From assembly GCA_001179505.1 (NCBI GenBank), contig CDMY01000086.1, positions 62,001-126,000 on the forward strand: a stretch of 64,000 bases of DNA, in the 5' to 3' direction. Below the pieces are notes generated by a model. That model saw only the letters and a program-made list of their open reading frames with translations. It made no database searches and was not told the origin of the DNA. The position numbers and the translations under genes are program-made. Numbering within the stretch: position 1 is the first letter of the stretch; every line of letters begins with the position of its first letter. Of the stretch, positions 11,367 to 23,492 are shown one piece after another. The DNA comes from Vitrella brassicaformis CCMP3155 (Eukaryota > Protista > Chromerida).

Positions 11367-14104
11367 TCAGCCTTGTTCTCTCCTTCGCCTCCTCATTGTG
11401 ACCAGCACACGACCCAGACCTACATTAACAAAGATGCACACCAACCGACATTGACGTGACAACATGAATGAGGGAGGAATGCTGACCTCCGGCGAGGAAC
11501 TGCAGACTCGTCGCCAGCAGCTCCAATTCTGACAAAGACAAAACAGACACAAACAAAGAAGGGCGATGGATAGATACTTACGGTGGCTTCCCTCTCCGGC
11601 CTGCGTGTAAACCTGGGTGGTGCCTGACGACCTCCAGCTGCTCATCCAAATCGGCCCTGCATTAGGCGGGGTGCATCGTGTGTGAACATGTGTGTGTGTG
11701 TGTGTGTGTGTGAGAGCCATTCCCCCACTCAGTGACTCACTCTCTGAGTTCCACTGGCAGGAGAAAGACCAGTCGGCCGCCGTCGACCAGTGCCACAGAC
11801 GCGAAATACATCAGATCCCTGCACACCCAGCCACAGACAGAGAGAGAGAGAGAAGGAGCGGTCACACAGTGAGTGAGTGACACGGTTGCATGTTTGTATT
11901 CACTTGACGATGGTGTAGCTCTCCACCAGCTCGTCGAACAAGCCCGCTGTGCTGTCCCCACCACCACTGACACACAACACACACAGTACAGTACTGCGGA
12001 TGTGTGACCGATTTGTGGCTAGGCTGCAGGTAGGGGCGAGTGGCTCACTTGAGGCATTCTTCCCTGCCCCTCTCCTTGAGGGGCTTCTTGTTCTTCTTCA
12101 GATGGCCCGCCTGACGCGCACCGGCACGAATCCCTACACGCACCACACATCCATCCATGCATCCATCCATCCATGGTTCCGCGGATGCAGATCTGCACTC
12201 CTCGCTCCACCTCTGTCTCACCATAAGGCGGGTCACACACAATGGCGTCCATCCATGGCAGTGTCCGGCGCGCTATCGACCGGCGATGCGGGCTCGACCA
12301 GCTGTCACTGGTTGAAGTGCTCTCTGCTGCTGCTGCCGCTGGGGTGTGCTTGTGCTTCCGTTGGGCCGGGAGGGAAGGGGGGCCGTCCTCAATGGACGGC
12401 AGCCGCCACACCTGACGAATAGGCGGATGGATGGATGGATGGATGGATGGATGCCAATGCATGTGTGTGTGTGGGTGAGCCGGTGAGTGTTCTGTCTGGT
12501 ACCCATGCGGCGTTGTCGGAGCAGATGACCTCAGGGGCCGGAAGGCCATACTCGCGGAAATTGCGGAAGATGGTCGTGTGGGCTGCATCAGTCATGACGT
12601 CAGGCACACACAAACAGCACAGCACAGCACAGCACAGTGCGTCGACCGTGGTGTGCACTGTGTCTGCGTTTGGATGTGGGTGTGTGAGGACCGTCGTTTG
12701 GTTGTTGGACTTCCTTGTTGAGCCGCGCCACCCCCCAGCCCTTGAGCACACGGATGTCAATGTCGGACCCCATGCACACACCCCTGGGTGCACACAGACA
12801 GGGAGGAAAGACCTGCATCATCCTCTCTGTCTGTCTGTGTTGGCGCAACAAGTGTGTGTCGGTCACCCGAAGTGTGAAGCGGCAATGAGCAGCCCCCCGG
12901 TGCCCACAAAAGGATCGAACACCACATTCCCTGCACGCACCTGCGCCTGAGAAACACACACACACACACACACACACATACACCGAGCAAGCACCAAATC
13001 CATGTGTCGCGAGGCGGTCCTCTTTTCACCTCTCTCTCTGCTCACCTGGTTGGCCATGAGGAATGCGAGTTCGTTATCCATAGTGGTGGGGCCCAGCACC
13101 GGCCGGCAAGTCAGATCATACCTGAGCCACCACGGACCCTTACGCGGACGGGCTACCTATACACATACACACACACACACATGCACACATGCACACACAC
13201 ACCATGGATAGGGAAACCTGACGCCTTACGGCTCTGCCGAGGTATATTTTTCTGGGCTCCTTTGCCCGCTGGCTCGCTGACATGAACTCGATGCTGTGCG
13301 CCCAGTCCTACGCACACACACACACACACACGCACAAGTATACTCTTATTCATATTCCATCTGCCCGGCAGGCACCATTTGTCTGTCTGTGTGTGTTTCT
13401 GTTGTGTGAACACCCACGTCCCTCCCCACTGACCTCTAGTATGTAGAGGAGAGTGGTGGGGTTGTTGATGTCCGTCGGCTCCTTCTCGGTGAACAGAGAC
13501 CGAAAGTGATTCATCCTACACACCTTCTCACCATGACTACATCCATCCACACACCAAAGGCACCATCCATCCATCCATCCATCCATCCATCCACGAATAA
13601 GTGGTCTCACGTGAAGGTCTTCCCAAAGCCCGCTATCTGGAATGCCCATGTTGTGGTCTCGTTGAGGTGTGTGCGTCGCTTGTCGGGCGGGAACCGCCGC
13701 TGGGCATCGCTCAGCACCTCGTCATAAGTCGAGCCCTCACCCCACACCTAATACACACAGGGCAGTGGGTGGATGAATGGGTGCCTGCCTGCCTGCCTGC
13801 CGACCTCTACGAAAGCCTTGACTGTGATGGCCCTGTCAACGATGCGGCTGGCCGTCGACTCGTCGGGCAGGTGGACGTAGGCGAACGCCAGCTCCTCTTG
13901 GCGAGATGGCCTGGGGCAGCCGCCCTCTTCACTCCACAGCCGCGATGGATCCCACCCACACATCGAGGCCAGGGACTCCAGCTCTTCCACTCTGTATAGA
14001 AACAAACAGACAGACAACATTGCTCTGGCCCTTGTTTATGTGTGTGACCTGAAGTTGAAGTAGTCGTTGTGGTAGGCCCACCAACACAGCACCCGCAGCA
14101 CCAT
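11367..14104 (-). CDS. TRM11: tRNA (guanine(10)-N2)-methyltransferase, multi-exon
   Basis: N-terminus YFNFRVEELESLA, GPTTMDNELAFLMANQ, SAM motif VFDPFVGTGGLL, GSDID, DAIVCDPPYGIRAG, LVDGGRLVFLLP. Confidence 0.92.
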
Positions 14105-14265
14105 TACAATGAGTGATCAGCCTGATATCGACAACACACACCCGCCGAACGACACATCAAAGGGAGAAAACAACGCAGGAATGAATAGATCTTGACAGCG
14201 CCGTCGCAGTGAGGCCAACCTGAGCTATCCTTCCTGTTCGTTCCTTCTGCCTTTCCTTTTCCCTT

Positions 14266-14288
14266 TGCGAGCTCGACATCTGCGAGCT
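14266..14288 (+). promoter_or_regulatory. Two TGCGAGCT motifs in the TRM11/decarboxylase divergent interval
   Basis: Copies at 14266-14273 and 14281-14288. Confidence 0.55.
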
Positions 14289-14391
14289 AGCAAGGGAAGA
14301 TCTCCCCCGTTTTTTTCAAGAGGCTGAGCACCGCGACGAGAGCATCCTCCCAGGAGTGCTTTGACCCTTTGATTGATACATCTGTCATAAA

Positions 14392-17300
14392 ATGCTGCCC
14401 ACCATGCCGATGCAGTCCCTCCTCAGCCGCCAGTGGACGGACCTCAAGCAGAGGCCCTTCCGACGAAAGTAACGGGCCGGGCCCCGCGTGTCAATCCGAC
14501 TATTTCCATCTCTGTTTGTCTGCTTCTGGGCGTGTGCTTTAAGGTTGTCGCGTCAGGAGACGAGTCAGCAGTTGGTGAGCAGTGTGGAGCAGCTGGAGTC
14601 GATGAAGGACTGCTTCTTCTGCCACACACTCAGATACGAACTGTGGTACGGGCCGGGGGCCGCCCGGCCTTACTCATACACACGCACAAACACAGGCGCT
14701 TCGATGGGCAGACAGACCAAAAGTGTGTGTGTGTGTGTGTGTGCAGGGAGGTGTTGGTGAATGATTACCTGCCCAACCACAACCTCAACAAGTACACGGC
14801 ATGCACTGCACCTGCTGGCTCTCAGTGACCACCTGACTCTCTTGTCGTCTGTGTGTGTCACCAAGGACCGACGCGACCTTGTCGATACTGGACAGGCTGG
14901 AGGGCTTCTGGGGCGACGAGATGACGCTCTCGCTCGAGACACTGCGGATGCTTGTCCGCGACGACAAGTGGACAGAGGCGCAGAAGGTACCTACCTGGGT
15001 TGTGATGGATGCCATCAGAGTGCAGGTCGACCGACCGTCGGTGTGTGTGTGTGTGACTGTGTGAGATCAGAATGCGAACAAGAATTTGAAGCAGTTCACG
15101 TACCGTCATTTGGACGACGAGGAGGCGCGCCCCACCAAGTACTGCGTCATGGTCATCGTCGCCCCACTCGACAAGGGCGACATCACTCGAGATGTCGGAC
15201 AAGAGCTCAGGTGCCTACCTAAGGACGTTGTGTTGCATCCATCCCACAACTGTACAACACAACCGTATGTATGGGACAGGTCGATGATGCACTCCAAGGG
15301 CGGTCCGCCGCCGTATAATGTGGTGACGTGCACATCGGTTGAGGAGGCGCTGCTGTGCGTGCTGATCAACAGCGACATCCAGGCGATAGTGGTGCAGGAC
15401 CTGCAGCACTCCATCAACTGCGAAAACGCCAACGCCTTCGTCGAGGACTTCAGACACCTCGTGGAGGGATACGACCGATTCGTCGCTAAGCCAATCAAGG
15501 AAATTCACAACGGGTGGGCGCACACACACACACACACAAAATATCCCGCACACACAAGCCCTCTCCCTATTCTCTGTGTGCGTGTTGTGTCAGTGCGAGC
15601 ATCCATGGCACGTTGCTGAAGGCGATCAAGATGATGCGGCCAGAGATCCACCTCTACACCGTGACCCACAGCCAGACGCCCCTGCTGGCGTCGGGCAAGG
15701 GCCAGGGCACTCTTGCACCGGCCCCCTTCGAAGAGGACGAGAGGTATGTCGACTCGAGCGGCGACTTCGACCCCTCCATCTTCATCAACCGGGAGTTTTG
15801 TCAGCTGGACGGCCACCTGGAGCTCCATGACACCATCGTCCAGGGCGTCAAGGAGAAACAGGCATGCCCCTTCTTTGACGCACTCAAACGATACGCAGAA
15901 AAGTAAGCGCATGCATAGATTTCTGTGTCTGGAAGAACGCATTATGTGTGTGTGTGTGTGTGTGCAGGCCGATAGGCGTGTTTCACGCGTTGGCCATTTC
16001 TCGCGGCAACAGCATCCACAAGAGCCGGTGGATCGGACACTTCATGGACTTCTACGGCATGAACCTCTTCAAGGCTGAGTCATCCAGCACTTGCGGCGGG
16101 CTCGACTCGCTCCTGGAGCCACATGGCGCCATCAAGGACGCACAGGAGCTGGCGGCCAAGACGTTCGGCGCACACAAGACGTTCTTCGTCACAAATGGCA
16201 CCAGCACGGCCAAGTACGGGAGCGCAGAAGTGGAGAGTGATCCGTGTTGCAAGGTTTCTGTGCGTATGGGTGTGTTGCAATTGTGCAGCAAGATCGTGCT
16301 GCAGGCCGTGTTGAAGCCGAACGATGTGGTTCTGGTTGACCGCGACTGCCACAAATCGCACCACTACGGCATGGTCCTCACAGGTGCACACACCAACACC
16401 ACAAAGACCTCACACCATCTGTGTGTCTGAGAGGCTGATGGATGGATGGATGGATGGATGGATGGATGTGCGCAAAACAGGTGCCCGCCCGTGTTACCTG
16501 GACGCCTATCCGCTGCACGATTTCTCGATGTATGGCGGCGTGCCGCTCGAGACCATCAAACGCACGCTACTCGCATACAAAGCGCAGGGCAGACTAATGC
16601 AGGTCAGCAGACATATAGCAGATATAGACAGACAGGGGAGGGAGGGAGATGGTGTATGTGTGTGAGTGCGTGTTGTGGTGGTTGCCGGTTGTTTGCGTGT
16701 GTAGGTGAAGTTGTTGGTGCTGACCAACTGCACGTTTGACGGCATCGTCATCAACGTGCAGCGGGTCATGGAGGAGTGCCTCGCCATCAAACCAGACCTC
16801 ATCTTCCTATTCGACGAGGCCTGGTAGACAGGGAGGGAGGAAGGGACGCACTCAGAGAGAGAGAGAGAAAGATGGCACCCACCCATTGTACACCACACCC
16901 ACATACATACATACGCTGTGCTGTGCTGTGTGTCATGCATATGTCCTTTGCAGGTATGCCTACGCATACTTCCACCCAAGTCAGTGAAAAGCACCAACAA
17001 GACAGCCTCTCCGCCCCCCACACACGACATTCATCTGTTCCCTCTCTCCCTCACTGGGTGCGTCGGGTGTGTGTGGATGCAGTATATCGTCTGCGCACTG
17101 GTATGGGTGCGGCCAACATCCTGCGGCACAACCTGCGGTCGTCAGACGGCCCCCGGCGCCACACCCTTTGCCTGCAGCAGATGGGCGTCGACAGCATCGA
17201 TGAGGCATCCAACGACGTTCTCATGAACACCCGCCTCTTCCCCGACCCAGCACATGCAGTGGTGCGCGTGTACGCCACCCAAAGCACCCACAAGAGCCTC

Positions 17301-19591
17301 ACGGCGCTGCGGCAGGGCAGCATGATACACGTCAACGACGACTTGTTCAGCCAGTGTGTGAACGCGGCCTTCACTGAGGCGTACTTCACGCACACGTCGA
17401 CGTCGCCCAACTACCAGATACTGGCCTCACTGGACGTGGGCAGGTCGCAGATGGCACTCGAAGGCAACTTGGTCAGTCAGTCAGCCCGACACACACATGA
17501 AGCAAGGATGGCAGAAAGGTCTGCTGCACTCATTCACTCGCTCCACGTGTGTGTGGATTATGTGTGGGTTTGTGTGTGTGTCAGTTGGTGAAGGGTCAGA
17601 TTGAGGCGGCTCTGACGCTCCGCCGCCACGCCGCCCAGAACGCACTCATTGCCAAATACTTCCGCATACTCACTGTCAGGTAAGTTCGAAGGAGGGAGGG
17701 AAACGGAGAAAGAAAACACGGCGATCCGACGCTCCTTCTGTTTGCTTGTGCTGTGCGTGTCCCCAGGGATATGATCCCGAGCCAGCACCGGTTGACGTCG
17801 ACAGTGGACCATTTCTACCAGGAGGAGGTGCTCAAGAAGGCGGTGCAGCTGAAGCCCTCGTCTGACTGGAAGAGCGCTGACGTTCGGGTGCTCGAGCGCC
17901 TGTGGCTCAGCGACGATGAGTTCGTGCTCGACCCCACAAGAATCACACTCTACACTGGCAACTCAGGTAGGTACCTGTGTACTCACACACACTCACACAC
18001 ATGTCACGGATGGATGTGTGTATGGGTGTGTGTGTGTGTGAGTGAAGGCATTGACGGCGACACGTTTAAGGTCAAGTGGCTGATGGAGAAGTACGGCATA
18101 CAAGTCAACAAGGCAAGCGACCGACCGAACATTCCCCTCCACCCGCTCCGCTCCTTGCCATTGCCACACATATACGTGTGTGTGTGTGCGTGTGCATGCA
18201 GACGTCGCGCAACAGTGTGTTGTTCCAGACCAACATCGGCACGACCTCCTCGGCCATCATGTACCTCCTCCAGTGCCTCGAAAAGGCCGCACTCGAAATT
18301 GACGGGGTGAGTGAAGGACACACAACCGTGTGTGTGTGTGACGGTCTGTGGATGTGTGTGTCCTTTCTTCCTTAAATGCACATGCAGACGCTCAAGTTCA
18401 GTAGTGACCGTGAGCGGGAGCTGCATCAGCGGCGCATCGACGACATGACCATCAGGGCGCCCCCACTGCCCAACTTCTCGGAGTTCCACAAGAGCCTGGG
18501 GCCGCCACAACCAGCAGCCAGGGGCAAGAACAACACACACGAGGTAAGTAAGACCAGGCATCACCGGGTGCTGGCCATGCATCCCTGCGTGTGTGTGTGT
18601 GTGTGGTGGGGGGGGGGGGGNNNNNNNNNNNNNNNNNNNNNNNNNNNNNNNNNNNNNNNNNNNNNNNNNNNNNNNNNNNNNNNNNNNNNNNNNNNNNNNN
18701 NNNNNNNNNNNNNNNNNNNNNNNNNNNNNNNNNNNNNNNNNNNNNNNNNNNNNNNNNNNNNNNNNNNNNNNNNNNNNNNNNNNNNNNNNNNNNNNNNNNN
18801 NNNNNNNNNNNNNNNNNNNNNNNNNNNNNNNNNNNNNNNNNNNNNNNNNNNNNNNNNNNNNNNNNNNNNNNNNNNNNNNNNNNNNNNNNNNNNNNNNNNN
18901 NNNNNNNNNNNNNNNNNNNNGGGGGGGGGGGGGGGGGGCCTGGATAGGATGAGGGTGGTGAGGTGTTGGTGCGTGACGGCGATTTGCGCACGCCCTATTT
19001 CCTGGCGTTTGACGAGTCCCACTGCGCATACTATGACATCAAGGAGGCCCTAGAGGTCAGTTAGTGCCCTACACCTGCGTGTGTGCTGATATGGTGTCTT
19101 GTGTGACCTGCATCCCTCCCTCCCTCAGTGCATCAACAACGGTCAGGAGCTGGTGGCCACCAGCTTCATCATACCCTACCCGCCAGGTATGGTACCTATC
19201 CATAGCTGGATGCGTGCGTCGATGCAGCGAGGGGTGCGCCTGTCTGTGTGTGTGTGCATCTGTGTTGTAGGGTTCCCTGTGGCCGTGCCGGGCCAGGTGC
19301 TGTCGGCGGCCATCCTCGAGTTCCTCATACGACTTGACGTCAAGGAGGTCCACGGTACACACAGCACAGCAGCCACACACGTATGGGTGTGTGTTGTTCT
19401 GTGTATGTGTGATGAGATGTGCGCATGTGTGTGCAGGTCTGAACGCGGAGTTGGGACTGCGCTGTTTCCGCCCGGAGGTGCTGGCGTCCGTGACACCGAC
19501 GGCAGGCCCCCCAGCTGCGGTCCAGCTGCCGGCTGCGAACAACATGAACGAATCAACTGCACACTCGACCGCACCCTCTGTCACACCCTGA
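14392..19591 (+). CDS. PLP-dependent Orn/Lys/Arg decarboxylase (apicomplexan lysine-decarboxylase-like), many exons; spans an assembly gap
   Basis: GVFHALAISRGNS, KAESSSTCGGLDSLLEPHG, FFVTNGTSTANKIV, VDRDCHKSHHYG, TNCTFDG, FDEAW, PLP-lysine motif ATQSTHKSLTALRQGSMIH, HTSTSPNYQILASLDVGR, C-terminal IIPYPPGFPVAVPG. Confidence 0.93.
18621..18920. other. Assembly gap (300 N)
   Basis: N run flanked by G13 and G18 homopolymers. Confidence 0.99.
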
Positions 19592-20116
19592 CTGATTGGT
19601 GTGTTGCGACCACACACACACGCGAAACCCACATGGATGCACGTGGGGGGTATGTGGGCATTTCTCGGTTCATATTTTTCCGCCGTGTACGTGTCTTGGG
19701 GCGAGGTAAGATTCATTCATTGAGGCGTACATGTGTGTATGAAGTTTGTTTGCAAGGGGCTTTAGGGGCTTTGGGTAGGCTGTCAGCCATCCAGCCAATG
19801 AGTCGGTGACGGTGGGCGGTGGGCGGTGTGCGGTGTTGGTGTTTATTGACCTGTTTGGTTGTGGTCGGACGAATGAAGTGAGTAATGTAATAGATGGCCA
19901 GACGATTGATAATTAAGGTATTCAGAGATGGGATGGCCACCACATGAAAGCGTCCATGAAGGATGCGATGCATTCAACGCGTCGCATCTCACCACTACAA
20001 ACACAGCAACAAATCGGGGATTACTACATACAAACACGCAGGCCGTCACCTCAGCACACAGGCAGGAAAACCCCTCCCATATATCCATCTCTCTATCTGC
20101 GCGTCTATCCAGCTGT

Positions 20117-21212
20117 CTATGAGAAGAGTGATCGCCTGTAGTAGAGGAGGGCAGCGAGTATGGCGGCCACGGCCATCGCACACAGCGATATCGGATGGAA
20201 TGCCGCCGCGATGACGACCCTTGCGCCGCCCTGCCAGTCGAAGGGCACTCGGCCCACTATCGTGTCGTTGAGGAGGAAGCCCAAACGCTTCTCCTCGCAC
20301 AGGTCGGCCAGCAGCTCAGGGGAGTAGTTCGCTGCCAGTTCGTCGATGCGCGCCTTGAGGGTGACCTTGAGGGCATCGGGGTCGCTGGGGAAGGTGAAAA
20401 TCGACGTGCCCTCGCCCGTGGGCGGCAAGCCCATCGTCTTGACCAGCATCCTCTTCAACACTGAGCCCCTGAACGAGTCAGTGAATGACACATACAGATA
20501 CAGGCGGTGAGAGGCAAGTGTTCCGCCACGAGCATACCCAGCCATGAGCGCCAGATACATGCTGTGAGCTGAGAAACACACACACAGACAACAGGCCAGC
20601 AAGCGATTGATTAAGGCGTCCAGTGCTGGCATGTGTATGAGCGCACGGTGACTCACCGTATGGAATGAGGAATGCGGGGTTCTCGGCTGTCTTGTCCTTG
20701 ATCCTCTCGACGTAGTACTTGACGGCGCGCCGCTCAGCCCCCTCCTTGACCACTTTCTCCACCCGTCCTTTGTCGCCATTGTAGAAGTAGGCTATGTCAT
20801 CCAGAAAGGCCTGCACACGAGCACACAACGTCAGTCAACTGCGTGCCGGGCCAGTCAGTCGTGGAGTCTTCGCCCACCTGCTTGCGGAAGAGGTCTGGGA
20901 TGTTGAGTGCCTCTCCCTCCTTGACGTTCTTCGCCGCCAGCTTGGCGATGAGGTCCTCTATCGTCGCGTACACGTGATAGAAGTCAGCAACCAGCGACGC
21001 CCATATCGTGCGGCTTCCGAATGCCGTCGCCGCTCTGACCGAAATGAACCTGTTGCGCACACAGATATACGTCGTTTGCAGTTCTTCGAGCTGTTCACGT
21101 GCGGAGGAGAGGTCACGCTCTTTGTGAGTGTTTTTCCGTACTTGTCACTTCGATCGTGTGATCCCTTGCTCTCCTCGCTGAGACGCTGGCAGAAAGACGG
21201 CGGCTTTTCCAT
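20117..21212 (-). CDS. HMOX: Heme oxygenase with C-terminal membrane anchor, 4 exons
   Basis: Spliced: FCQRLSEESKGSHDRSDKFISV (proximal His), WASLVADFYHVYATIE, LIPYAHSMYLALMAGGSVLKRML (distal helix), GTSIFTF, LCEEKRLGFLLN, hydrophobic tail LCAMAVAAILAALLYY. Confidence 0.85.
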
Positions 21213-21239
21213 GCTTCTCTGAACGAAACACCAGATTTA

Positions 21240-21247
21240 AGCTCGCA
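21240..21247 (-). promoter_or_regulatory. TGCGAGCT(TAA) motif 28 bp upstream of the heme oxygenase ATG
   Basis: TTAAGCTCGCAG on the + strand. Confidence 0.55.
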
Positions 21248-21777
21248 GATCGCGCCGGGGCAAAGAGGGAAACCGCTGCGCCGGGGCAAAGACACTCCAC
21301 TGGAGGGCAAGGTGGCAGCGAAAGAGGCAGATGAAGCGTTGAAATGTTTCAGCCAGCTTCTGCTTCGGTACATATTTTGTGTTTCCGCAGATCTCTCACG
21401 TGCGCCAGGCCTCCTTGACTCGCTGACGACGGCCGCCTGGCCAGGCCATCGCTTCATTTGGGCCGCTGGTGCCATTGCTGACGGTCAGTGGCTCGTCTGA
21501 TTCCCTCGCTGTCGCATTGACTGACACTGATGGATCATGTCTACAGTACACTGGCCATGCCACCGTGCTATTGATGCTGCGTGTGTGCCTGCAGAGTCAA
21601 TCATTGCGCATCCGGCATATGGTGTTGACAGAGATTGCAGAGAACGAATCATTGGGCTGCTGACAGAGATTCGTTCATAGCCAAGTTTAAGGTCAGCATA
21701 CAGACGCACACTCAGCTCGGGAGCACTGATTGCCACCTTGTGTGTGTCCTTGATGATTCAGATCAGTTGACTGACTG

Positions 21778-22747
21778 ATGGCGTCCTCTTCCCAGCCTCC
21801 CTCTTTCCATGCCAATGGCCACACCGCACCGCCGGCAGTCCCGCCCCTGCGCAGCATCGCCATCAGCAAGATGGCCGCCATAGCCATGTCCACTGACTTC
21901 AACAGACGGGCCGCTCTCCGCTCGCAGCTCGCCACCCGCACTCGGCAAGAGGAGCTGCTGGGCCACACTACGGAGACCGTCAACAGCACCCTGCTCAACG
22001 CCATCCAGCAGCACATTGCCAAGGCCATCACTCGTCTCGGCCTGGCGGACGTGTTGGCCTTCGACATTGGCGGTGATGTGGAGGGCGGCTTGAAGGTGGT
22101 CTATCTACTGGAGCGGGGCAGTGGCGAGGAGTGGCGGGCGATGGGGCGGTTCATTCGGATGGCCTTCATCTACCGGCTGACTCCCAATGCGACTCGGCCT
22201 CTCCGTCTGTCGGCTGGCTCGCTGCCCACAGCAACGGCCTTCCACCAGCTGCCACTCGCCTTGGCCATCTACAAGATCTTCAGCCACCTTCTTACATACA
22301 CAGGGACCAGCCTGGAGCTGCCGCAAGCCGACGGCAACGGACACTATCGGATCGGCGATGAGTCGTTTCGTGTGGTGCCATTGGGTGAGCTGCCGGGCGG
22401 CCATCGCTACACTGACGGCTACAAGCGGACCGACCCCGTCATCAGACTGGCCCATCTTCTCTACCCCTCATTCTCGGCATTCCTGCTGGACAGGGCGCTC
22501 CGCCGGTGGTCGGATGAAGAGGGGGTGGATCACAAGGAGGTGCTGTGGGCCAACATCGCCCATGACGACCCTCGGCGTCGCCGTCTGCTGACCGACGACA
22601 ACATCACAGAGGACGACCGGGGCACCTGCTGCTGGTCGGTCTCATCCGCTCGCCGACCGCTACCCTGTGTCGGTTGGTGCCGTCCGCCGTCTGCTGCGGC
22701 GATTCGGTCTCGAGCGTGACGTCATCGACAGGGGTGTGGCGGACTGA
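21778..22747 (+). CDS. Hypothetical protein, probably from a lineage-expanded chromerid family; likely frameshifted near 22620
   Basis: 313-aa intronless ORF (FDIGGDVEGGLKVVYLLERGSGEEWRAMGRFIR; RYTDGYKRTDPVI). The family-like tail VRRLLRRFGLERDVIDRG lies in the +1 frame and ends at 22747. Family assignment is from memory. Confidence 0.6.
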
Positions 22748-23492
22748 GGGGGGTGGCTGGCTGGCGATCGGTGTGTGTGTGTCACAGAGGAGAATGACTG
22801 ACTGACGCATGTGTGGATGGCTTAGTGAGTTTCCGTGTCAATCGACGAGTTGGCCTGCGTGGGTGTATATATATATAACTATTTGCACTCAGCATTTCTC
22901 GGTCATTCAACAATGATTGGTGAGTTTGCAACATGAACTGAGGTGAGGGAGGCCCACCACTCACTGACTCACTGATGCGCTCACTGATCCATTGGCCTCA
23001 ATGCGTTCGCCGTCCATTTCTGTTGGCGTCTCTCTCCCTCTGTGTGTGTGTATGTCGGCTCTGTCGCTCTGTGCAGGCTGTCGTCGAGCACATCATAGCC
23101 CAGATGCAGCCACCGCAACATAAGCAGCAGCAGCACCCCTTCTCGTATATCTTCGTCGGCCGCCGCACCTTCTATCTCTTCAGCAGCATCAAGGGGACTC
23201 GTCACTTCTACCTCTTGCCCGTGCGTCTCTCTTCTCTGTGTGCAGCACTCTCTCCCTCTCTCCCTCCCTCTGTGTCTGTTTGTCTGAGGAGATATCTGTG
23301 TGTGTGGGTGTGGGTGCTCCGGCCGATGTGCGACTATATGTGTGGCTGCCTGGCTGACTCACTCTCTGAACGATGACATGGCAACGACTGCAATGACATG
23401 GCAACCGATCGCGAATTCACAACATGTGGGACATTCATGTGGGACGGTTCACAACATGGAACCATGTATCCGGTGCTGTTGTGTCTGAGTCT

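Noticed and set aside
18004-19053. ORFs containing poly-X here and at 54418-55643
   Set aside because: Artefacts of translating through N gaps.
14392-19591. Bacterial contamination or a recent HGT insert
   Set aside because: The gene carries many host-style introns.
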